DNA from: Rebecca billardiae RCC1528
Lineage: Eukaryota > Protista > Haptophyta
Reading direction: 5' to 3'
Length of the DNA stretch: 64,000 nt
NCBI GenBank assembly: GCA_965240325.2
Contig: OZ251227.1
Span: 1,736,001-1,800,000 of the forward strand
Shown here one piece after another: positions 54,601-64,000 of the stretch. Position 1 is the first letter of the stretch, and each line of letters starts with the position of its first letter. The position numbers and the translations under genes were made by a program. Under the pieces are notes generated by a model, which saw nothing but the letters and a program-made list of their open reading frames with translations, made no database searches and was not told where the DNA came from.

Positions 54601-57600
54601 CTGCGGCGCCGTGCGTGGGTGCTCGCACGTGCGCGCGATGCGCACGGCGCGCGACCCGCCCTTCCCTCACTCCACCTCACGCGCCACCCGCCTCCCGCCT
54701 CGCCGCGCCGTGCGTGCGCCTACCCCAGGTAGAGCGTCTGCTCCAGCCAGGTGTTGGTGCGGAGCACTTCCGCCAGCGCTGTGCCGGAGACGTCCGTCAG
54801 CTGGTTGTGGCTGTGTGCACAGCGGGGCACGCCGAGGGAAGGGGAAGCGCGGAGAGGCGAGCGCGGCGGTCGCGCGGGATGGGGTGGGCAGTGTCAGCCC
54901 ACGCCGCTGCGCACCATGCATCGCGCACCGCACCGCACTGCACCGCTGCGCGCCGCCACACGCCAAGGGGCGGCGCGCGCGCCGCGCGGCGAACGCGCCG
55001 GGCGCGGCCGCAGCCTCGCGCGACGGCGCTGCTGCGGCGCCGTGCACGGGTGCTCGCACGTGCGCGCGATGCACACGGCGCGCGACCCCCACCCAAACCC
55101 CCCAACTCCACCGCACGCGCCGCGCGCCGCCCCCTCGCCGCGCCGTGCGTGCGCGTACCTAAGGTCGAGCTCCCACCTCAGGTCGATATCCCACAGCGAG
55201 GTGCTCAGGTCGAGCTCCCACAGCGAGGTGTTGGTGCGGAGCGCCTCCTCCAGCGCTGTGCCGGAGACGTCCGTCAGCTGGTTGTGGCTGTGTGCACAGC
55301 GGGGCACGCCGAGGGAAGGGGAAGCGCCGAGAGGCGAGCGCGATGGTTGCACGGGGTGGAATGGGTGGTGTGAGTCCAAGCCGCTGCGCACCACGCGCCG
55401 CGCCGCGCACCGCACCGCCCACCGCACTGCACCGCCACGCTGCGCACGCGCCGCAAAATCGGCCGCGCGCGCCGCCCGCCGTGGGGCGGCGCGCGCTGCC
55501 GCAGCCTCGCGCGACGGCGCTGCTGCGGCGCCGTGCGCGGGTGCTCGCACGTGCGCGCAATGTGCACGGCGCGCGAGCCTCCCTCCCACCACTCCATCGC
55601 CCGCGTCGCGCGCCCTCCGCCTCGCCCCACCGTGCGTGCGCGTACCTCAGGCTGAGCCTCCGAAGCGAGGTGTTGGTGCGGAGCGCCTCCCCCAGCGCTG
55701 AGACGTCCGTCAGCTGGTTGCCGCTGTGTGCACAGCGGGGGCACGCAGAGGGGAGAGGAAGCGCGGAGAGGCGAGCGCGGTGATCGCGCGGGGTGGGGTG
55801 GGCAGTGTCAGTCCACGTCGCTGCGCACCACGCACCGCCCACCGCACCGCACCGCCACGCTGCGCACGCGCCGCCGCGCCGGCCGCGCGCACCGCCCGCC
55901 GTGGGGTGACGCGCGATGCGGGGCGCGCGTCGGGCGCGGCCGCAGCCTCGTGCGACGGTGCTGCTGCGGCGCCGTGCGCGGGTGCACACGCGGGTGCAAG
56001 CGCTGCACACGGCGCGCGACACGTCCTTCCCCCACTCCGTCGCACGCGCCGCGCGCCGCCCCCCTCGCCCCACAGTGCGTGCGCGTACTTCAGGTGGAAA
56101 TTCTCCAGGCGGCAGCTGTCCGCCTGCAGCGCCTGCGACAGCAGCCGCACACACTCGTTGCCCACGCCCGTCTCGTCGAGATCGAGCGTTGTCAGCTTGG
56201 CACTGTGCGCAACGAGGTGCGCAACCGCCTGCGCGTGCTCCGCCACGTCCGTCCACGTCCGACACTTCACCGTCTTCTGCAGCACCATCAGCACATCTGC
56301 TGAGCCCACGTTCGCATAGCGCGCGAGCGCCTCGAGCTGCTCCACAGAGGCGCTGACTGGAGGCGGCGCCGTGCGCGGCTGCTCCGCTGCTGAGCGAACG
56401 GGCGGCGCCGCGTGCGGCGCGACCTGCTCCGCAGCGGCGTGGAAGGGTGGCGCCGCCGCGTGCGGCTGCTCCGCAGCGGCGCAGACGGGCGGCGCCGCCG
56501 CGCGCGGCTGCTCCGCAGCGGCGCGGACGGGCGGCGCCGCACGCGGCGCCGCCTCTGCACCCGCCTTGCGCCTCGCCTCCTCCGCAGCCGCGCGCTCTGC
56601 CTCTGCAGCCGCCGTGCGCCCCTCGCTGACTGGCCGCTCGTCACCCCCCGGCTCCATCATCGAGCGCAGTTCGATCCTCGCGGAAGCAGCCTGCGGTCGC
56701 AGTGCGGCAGAGTCCGACCACATGCCCGCGAGCAGCTCGTGCAGGGCCTGCTCGTGGTGGTGCACAGGCGCGCTGAGCCTCGGCCGCGCGCCTTGGATGA
56801 TCGCGTTCGTGAGCACGAACGGATCGTGGTTGGCGACGTTGCTGAAGAGCGTCTCGCCGGAAAGCATGTACGCGAGCACGATGCTGGCGCTGAACACATC
56901 GGATGGTGGAGAAGGCTTCGTCGCGCCACGCGCAACCTCAGGTGCCATGTAGCCAGCTGTGCCGCGCGGGCCAACGCTCCCGCTCGACGACGACAGGCGC
57001 AGCCCTTGCTCGCGCATCGTCTCAGATATCAAGGCGAGGCCGAAATCGGCGAGCTTGGCCACGCCGCCAGCATAGATGAGCACGTTCTCCGGCTTGATGT
57101 CACCGTGCGTCACGCCGTGCCTGTGCAGGAATGCAAGCGCACACATGATCTCGCCCGCAATTCGGAAGAAGGTGCGCGTCACGCCCGGCAGCGCAACGTC
57201 AGACCCGAACGCGGCCGTGCGAGCGGCTCCGCTCCCCAGGAGCGATCGCAGGGATCCGTGCTCGGCGAGCTCGAGCACCAGCCAGACCTCGCCATCGTCG
57301 GCATGGTTGACCACACCGAGAAGCTGCACGATGTGCGGATGGCGCAGCCGACTGAGCGCGTCGAGCTCGCGCTTGGCAGTGCGTGCTGTCGCGTCGTCGT
57401 CGGTCGGCACCTGCTTCACGGCGACCTCGAGCCCCTCAGGCTGAAGGGAAGCTCTGCGGACACACCCAAATGCCCCGCGGCCGAGCGGCCGGCCTTGCGC
57501 GATGGAGAGGTCGGCGACCTCAAACGTGCGCGTGTGCGCTGACGACCAGGGGTCCTGCGCCTGGTCGCGCGCCGCCTCCCACTCGCGAACGGCATCTCGC

Positions 57601-57851
57601 ATCGCCACGTTGACAGCAAGGCCGAAGCACTCGGTCTCCTCGTTCGCGAGAGGCTGTCGGCATATGGGGCACGTGACGCACGTCGCATCGTCATCATCGT
57701 CATCATCGCTACGGCGGGAGCGAACCCTCCTGCGGTGCTCTTCTATCGCAGCACGCTCGAACGTGTGCCCGCACGGCGTGGTTATCGGCTCCTCCGGCGG
57801 CTCGAGCGTCAGCGGGCAGATGCACGGTGCTGTCGGTGCGAGTCGGGCCAT
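51661..57851 (-). CDS. U-box / Ser-Thr kinase / RI-like LRR protein, 11 exons (57851-56089, 55723-55646, 55287-55159, 54810-54724, 54374-54291, 53936-53856, 53522-53439, 53077-52997, 52635-52552, 52190-52110, 51733-51661), ~874 aa
   Basis: U-box CPLTLE...CGHTFERAAI...CPICRQPL...VNVAMRDAVREW; kinase GRGAFG, VAVK, HGDIKPEN, DFG, APE. Then exons bounded by CACACAG| and |GTA, each encoding xNQLTDVSGTALAxxLxxxxxLxxLxL. The summed exon length of 2625 nt is an open frame ending in TGA. Confidence 0.88.
51734..56088 (-). repeat. Tandem array of ten intron(+LRR exon) units, period ~417-487 bp
   Basis: Recurring CGTCCGTCAGCTGGTTGTGGCTGTGTGCACAGCGG. Introns 52191-52551, 52636-52996 and 53078-53438 are each 361 bp and differ at only a few positions. 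Confidence 0.95.
56360..56560 (-). repeat. Coding minisatellite (~42 nt; AAPPVxAAAEQPx) in the kinase-LRR linker
   Basis: About five imperfect copies in the translated exon 1. Confidence 0.85.
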
Positions 57852-60256
57852 CCTTCCTCGCCAGCGCGGGCGACCTCGACGCGGTAGTCCTCGAAGACCT
57901 GTCCTTGAGGCTTGAGTTTGCTCTGCTTCGGAAACCGCGCAGATTCCTTTTGACGAGGTTTTTATGCGCGGAGAAAGTACTGACCAATAAGTGTGCACGT
58001 TAAATAATGCGGGGGGTAGGCTCGACGGTGCGAGGTCATACACTGAGCGTAGGTTAGATCGCACATTCCATCGCCGGCTCGTCCGACCCGTACCGACGAC
58101 GGAGTGCATCGCGGATGGCTGACCGTTGCCCGCGCCTGGCACTTGCGGCACTTGCGCTCCGCGGCAGCGTCGCGTTGGCGCGCACTGCCCCGAGACGTGC
58201 TGAACGTGCCTATGAGCGAGGCGCCTGACATGGAAGGACGCTGCGCGCTCTCTCGCGGCTGCTCAGCTATACACTTTGCCTGCGCGGGCGCCTCCACGGC
58301 CGAGCGCGCGCCCCCAAGCACCTCCAGGGCTGCCGCGCAGGACACTTGGCTGCTGCGCCGAGGCCAGCGCACAGTAAGGTGATCCGCCAACCTGCATCGC
58401 CCACGCCGGTCAGCGGCGTGGGCGCAGACTGCTCGGCGCGCCCGGCGATCGATCTGCTCGGGTCAGCTGCTCGCACACCTTTCGGGCAAGGCGCGCGACG
58501 CGCACGGGCTGGTCGTCTGCGGCAGGAGATGGTGCGCGCGAAGTGTGAGTGAGCGCGCCATGTTGCGCTGCGGCGCTCAGAACGTGCGCGCGTGTACTTG
58601 TCACAGCCACGCGCGAGAGAGGGCTCGGGGGCGGAGAGAAAGAGTGTGGCATGTGGCTCCCCTCGCGAGCCATGAGCCACCACGCTCGTCAGCATCAAGT
58701 CAGACCTCTCGCGTGTGAGCATGCACAGGTGCGTTCGAACACAGGCGCGCTCGCGCGAGCGCGCGAGCGCGTGGCACCACAAGTTGGAGCGCGCGAGTCG
58801 CTGCACAGCGTAGCTGCTGCGTAGTGCATCCACGGTGCGCAGTACTGTACGCGGTCTCGTGTGCCAGCGCCGTTCCAGGGCGGGGCCGGCATGGCGCTTG
58901 GCGGCGAACGGAGCCAGCAGCCCCCGCGGCGGCACAGCCCCGGGAGCGCTCGCGCCAGTGGCGCCACCGAGAAAACGGTCTCCAGCAGAGACCGTCTTTG
59001 GCGGCTGGCGGCCAGAGACCGTCTCTGGGCCGGGCTCCCCAGAGACGGTCTCCAGCAGAGACCGTCTGTAAATACGTAAGGGGGTCGTGCGCCCTCTGCC
59101 CCACCACCGTCCGCGAGCTCCACTGCTGCGCGCACGCCGTCGAGCGCGCGGCGCTGCTCGGCGGTCGCCTTGCGCATGATAGAAGCCTTGTTGAGGTTGG
59201 CTTGGCGCGGTGCGGCCGGACGCTCGACCGCGCGTGCGTTGGGCGAGGCGCGTGACGGCCGCCTCCGAGATTTGGACCTGCTGCGGCCTCGCCGCCTGCG
59301 CGTGCGCTCCCGGCCGCCGCCACCAAAGATGCGCTGGCGCCCTTGCGCGAACACATGCCGGCCAGCTCCGCTTCGGCGGGCGCGTCTGCGCGCGCGCTCA
59401 CGTGCGCGCTGCGCTTGTGCCGCGCGCGCGCGTCGCCTCGCCAGGCGCGCCTCCGTCGCCAGCGCCCGATCGCGTGTGCGCGCGTCCGTGAGCGCGTGTT
59501 GCTGCTCGGCAATGGCACGCCGGCGTGCCACGTCCAGCGCGCGTTGCGCGCGTGCGAGAACGTGATGCATGTGCGCGGGCACGGCGCGTGTAACGCGCTC
59601 GAGCACAGCAATCTGGGTGCCCGTCTCGTCGGAGGCGTCGACACCCGGCAAATCGAGCCCGCGCGTCGCGCGCGGCTGTCGCCTAGCGGGCACCGGGCGG
59701 GGACGGCCCTGCGCCTTGCGCAGCGCGCGCCAGACGCACGCACGAGCGTCGGGCATGTGCGCGGGCGTGCAGCGCAGCGCGCGTGTGGACATGGCGATGT
59801 GCGTCTCCGTCGCGTCGAGGGGGTCGACGCCCGCCATGTGCAGCCCGCGCGTCGCGAGCGGCTCCGTCGGCATCCCGGCCGATTCACGCCGGACCACGCC
59901 CCGTGCGAACGGAATTGCACGCTGGACCTCCTCTCGTGGGCCGTGCATCCACTCTAGGACGCAGACCAACGTACGGCAAAGAGCTTCGAGGACAACCGCG
60001 GCCGGGCTCGGCGGCTTCGGCGGTTTTTCGGCCATCGCGGCCACCGCCGTTGCGCCGGCCAGAGCGGCGAGGGCCACACGTCGTCTCGTGGACACCCTTG
60101 ATTCTTGTAGGTTGTCCTAGGAGGCCCGTTTGTATGAAAGTAATCCCCACGCCACATACAAAGAATCGAGATCGCGCGCGCGAACATTGTCCTATTTGCC
60201 AATACGGTAGACGAGTCGGGGGGGGAGCATCAGGTAAAAGTGTGTTTTGCGTCAAT

Positions 60257-61689
60257 AATGATGATCGGCACGAAAAGTTGCGCGTGACGGCTCGGTGACG
60301 ACGATCCAACGGCAAAGTGCCGCGGGTGCGGCGGCGTCGGTGCGGCGGAGGCGGAGGCGGAGGCGTCGGGGGAGGCGGCTGAAGGGAGCGAGGGCGATGG
60401 TGGCGGCGCAGTCGAGGGAGGTGCGCCGAATGGCATGTCCGTCCTCACCCTCGCCGGCGGCGGCCGCCCGCGTTATGCCGCCGCCGCCGCGGCTCCGCGG
60501 CTTGCTGGCGACCGGACTGCACGGGTGATGCGACCGGACGCGCCGATGCTGCGCGCGTACGGGGTGGCGCAGCTGCTGCTCGAGGTGATCGCGCACTGCG
60601 CGCTCGACCCCGCCGAGCCCGCCGCATGCGCCACCCTCTCCGCAGGCTGCGTCGCAAATCTGACCTATCCGGTCGACAGGCGTCTGCACTCGGACCGCGC
60701 GGCGGTGCGGCGCGAGGCCGAGCGCGGGAGCCTGGGCGGCGGCGGGCGCGCGGCGGGGCATGTGCTGCCCGAGAGGCTGGCGCACTCGCCCAGCGCCGCC
60801 GCGCACACCGCCGCCGACCTCGCGCGCACGACCTCCGTCAACTCCTCCGTCAGCGGCGGAGAGCGCGTCGCGTCACGCCGCCCACGCGGCTGGTCGCTGC
60901 CGCCCAGCCGGTTCGTCATCCGAGCGCAGTCGCCCGGCGGCGGCGGGGCGGATCGGAGGCGGCGGCGTCGGAGGGCGGCGTCGGAGGGCGGCGTCGGAGG
61001 GCGGCGTCGGAGGGCGGCGTCGGAGGGCGGCGTCGGAGGGCGGAGCGGAGGGCGGCGGCGCGCCGCCGCCGCCGCCCGACGGGCTGCCGCGATCGCCGCT
61101 CGCCGCCGCGATCGCCGCCGCCGACGGCAGCGGCGGCGCGCGGGCGCCCGCAGCGCGCGCCGGGCCGGTCGCCGCCTGGGTGGTGGGACCGCCGCTGGGG
61201 GGCGGGGCGGGCGGAGGAGATGGCGGTGGCGAAGGAGGACGCGGTGGTGGACGTGGACGTCACGCAGTCCGGGCTGCACTGGCTCATCCACCTCCTCTCC
61301 GCACTCGACCCGCCGCCGTCACCGACGGCGCAGCAGCTGGCGGCGGCGCGACGGACGGTGGCGGGCGCGGCCGCGGCCGAAGCGGGCGCGCGCCGCGCGC
61401 GCCGCTGCGGCGGCGTGGAGCGGCGGGAGCTGAGCGGCGCGCTGCTGCACACGCAGTCACGCTGCGCTTACGTGCTGCAGGACGCTGTGCGAGCGCGCCA
61501 CCGCCGACGCCGTCGCGCCGCCGCTGCCCCCGCCGCACCGGCACCGTCCGACCGTCCGACCGTGTCGTCACAAGCCGCGGCTGCTGCTCACATTCACAAG
61601 CTGCGTGATCGGTGACTCTGAGCACTAGCCACTAGGGCCGTGCGCCCCCAACTTCGTTGTTCACTACCCGAAGATCGGCGTAGCCGATC
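60257..61689 (+). mobile_element. Hairpin-ended dispersed repeat family 2, copy B
   Basis: Direct copy of 2869-4427, ending at hairpin GATCGGC-GTA-GCCGATC (61673-61689) before an AT-rich flank. Confidence 0.65.
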
Positions 61690-61732
61690 ATTAATATTAT
61701 TATTATTATAAACATGCACGTCTGCTATAGCG

Positions 61733-64000
61733 CTACTTTGCGGCGCTGGTATCGGCCGACGCCGCGCCGTCTGCCGAGTCGGCGGGCGCTGCTCCGAGCG
61801 AGCGGTCGAGCAGCTGCGTCAACCGGCCGAGCATCGGCCGCGCGTCGTCGAGCATGCCCGCGCCGATGAGCGCGTTGTCAAACAGCTGCTGCGCGACGAG
61901 AGTCGCGAGCTCCGCGTCCGCCGTGCGCATGTGCGCCAGCTTCTTAATCACCGGGTGCGAGGGGTTGAGCTCGAGCTTCTGCTTGGGCATCTCGGGCCGC
62001 TCCGCCTGGTTGACCATCGACATGAAGCGGCGCATCGACGCGGACATGCCCTCCTCGTTGATCACCGCGGGCGAGTCGACGAGGCGCGAGGACATGGCGA
62101 CGCCCGAGACCTTGCCCGCGAGCGCCTCGTCGGCCATCCACTTGGCCAGCGCGTCCGCCTCCTCCGCGGGCAGCGCCGGCGCCTTGTCCTCGTCGGGCAG
62201 CGTGAGGTCGGCGTTGGTCGCGGACGTGAGGATCTTGCCCTCGTACTGGCCCGCATTCTGCATGACGAAATCGTCGATCTCCTGGAAGCAGTAGAGCACC
62301 TCCATCTTGCGCTTGCGGAAGACCTCCATGTACGCGCTGCTCTCCGCTGCGGCGCGCGAGCTCGTCACGAGGTAGTACACCTTGTCCCCCTGCTCGGGCG
62401 GCATGCGCGAGATGTAGTCGTCGAGCGAGGTGACCTCGCCCGCGTCGAGCGTGGACGTCTCAAAGCGCAGCAGCTGCATGATCTCCTTCTGGTGCATGAA
62501 GTCGGTGCACACGCCCTCCTTGAAGAAGCGCTGGAACTCCGAGTAGAAGGCGAGGTACCCCCCCGGGTCCTTCTTCCCCTCCTCGGCGAACCACTTGAGC
62601 AGCCGCGACGAGAGCACGCCGTTCATCCGGCGCAGCAGCGCCGAGTCCTGCATCGACTCGCGCGAGATGTTGAGCGGGATGTCCTCCGAGTCGACCACGC
62701 CCACGATGAAGCGCATCCACTGCGGCAGGATGTGAGCCGAGTTGGCGGTGATCAGCACCTTGCGCGAGTAGAGCGAGACGCACGGCTCCTGCTGCCCCAT
62801 CCCCATCTTCTCCTTGTGCTGCTGCGGCACGTAGAAGACCGACTTGATCGCGATCGGCGCGTCCGTCTGGAACTGCAGCGTGTACCTGCGCGCGCACGGC
62901 CGAGCGACGCGGAGGGAGGGCAGGAAGGAGGGCAACGCGGCGGCGCGGCGGCCGCGGCGCTGCTGAGCCCAGGGGCGGGATCGGCGGCGCGGTGCGCTGC
63001 GCCGCGCGCGAGCGCGCGCGCGCGCGTGCACACGCACATCGGGCTGTCGTACGCGTGCGACAGGTGTCGGTACAGCTCCTCGTGCTCCTCGGTGCTCACG
63101 TCCTTCTTGGCCTTCATCCACACGGGCTCGACGTTGTTGATGCGCTCGCCGTGCAGCAGCACGGGGTACGTGACGAAGGAGGAGTGCTTGCGGATGATGC
63201 GCTCGAGGTTGTAGCGCGAGGCGAATTCGGCGGCGCCCTCCTTCAGCGTGATCTCGATCTTCGTGCCCGTGCGCACGTTCGACGCCTTGGCGAGCGAGTA
63301 GCTGCCGTCCCCAGTCGAGGTCCAGCACCAGCCCGCGCCCTCCGCGTCCTCGCTGCCCGAGTGGCGCGAGAACACGCGCACCGAGTCCGCGACCATGAAG
63401 ACGGAGTAGAAGCCGACGCCGAAGCGGCCGATGATGCTCGACGCCGCCTCGTTCACCGTCTCCGCCGAGTCGTCGCCCTTGAGCTCGTTCAGGAAGGCCT
63501 GAGACCCTGCGCGGCGGCGGCGCCCAGTGCGCGCGGCGGCAGCGCGCTCAGCGCGCCGCCTCGCTGCGCACCGCGGTGGGCGGTCGGGCGGAGCGGCACG
63601 CGGGCGCACCTGAGCGCGCGATGCAGCCTAGGTTCTCGACGAGGTCCTCCTTCGTCATCCCCACGCCCGAGTCCTGGATGACGAGCAGCCGCTTCTCAGA
63701 GTCGCACGTCACCTTCACCTCGAGCGGCGCGTCCGGTTGCGCGTCACTCGCGCTCGCCGACAGGAGCATCGCGTGCCGCCGCTTCTCGAGCGCGTCCGAG
63801 GCGTTTGACACGAGCTCGCGGATGAACACCTCCTTGTCCGTGTACAGCGACTTGGCCACGATCTCGAGTAGCTGCTTCGTCTCGGCCTCAAACTTGTGGG
63901 AGACCGTCTCGCCCTCGACGGCCTCGGCGGGCTCCGCGGGCTCCGCGGGCTTGTCGTCCGCTGCGCCGTCGTCCTTCTTGTCGATAACGCCGCTCACCAT
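61733..64000 (-). CDS. TRAP1: Mitochondrial-type Hsp90 (TRAP1/HtpG-like); exons >=64000-63610, 63506-63038, 62885-61733; 5' end may lie beyond the window
   Basis: FEAETKQLLEIVAKSLYTDKEVFIRELVSNASDALEK, IARSG|SQAF, IIGRFGVGFYS, GVVDSEDIPLNISRE, LELNPSHPVI. No MEEVD or KDEL. Two GT-AG introns (63507-63609, 62886-63037). Confidence 0.93.

Noticed and set aside
51734-56088. CRISPR-like reading (constant repeat plus variable segment) and the long Arg/Ala-rich ORFs across the array
   Set aside because: Units are ~440 bp with GT-AG boundaries and LRR-coding inserts, in a eukaryotic context with no cas genes. The long ORFs are read-through of GC-rich introns.
58695-60095. 466-aa ORF with two internal repeats (TRGLxxxGVD...PAHM)
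   Set aside because: No recognisable domain, Arg/Ala-rich, and it runs through a palindromic repeat cluster. It may be part of a gene or TE, but a call is not supportable.
1-64000. tRNA, rRNA or other structured RNA genes
   Set aside because: None recognised by eye; tRNAscan-SE or Infernal would be needed to exclude them.

Overview
This is very GC-rich eukaryotic genomic DNA, with spliceosomal introns, microsatellites and intronless or intron-poor genes. The gene content, leader peptides and a probable GC-AG intron suggest an alga with a complex plastid, possibly a haptophyte (inference only). About 16 host genes are recognisable: GH35 beta-galactosidase, two divergent RING-CH-like paralogues, a Methyltransf_32/FDX-ACB fusion, a truncated pRiA4b-ORF3-like gene, a 1954-aa Gly-rich membrane protein, fructosamine kinase, a sulfotransferase, a RING-H2 E3, a UCH-L3-like deubiquitinase, XPF/ERCC4, a MYND protein, TRAP1/Hsp90 and several unknowns. 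They are interleaved with many non-autonomous mobile elements: a LINE fragment, two foldback elements, TA-flanked MITEs, and two hairpin-ended Helitron2-like families, each present twice. The most striking feature is a minus-strand gene at 51661-57851 that the ORF track misses. It encodes U-box, then Ser/Thr kinase, then leucine-rich repeats. Each LRR sits on its own symmetric phase-2 exon, separated by introns that are near-identical copies of one another, while the exon 3' halves vary. This layout looks like an exon-shuffling or variable-receptor (immune-like) system. All coordinates and comparisons were made by eye; no searches were run.
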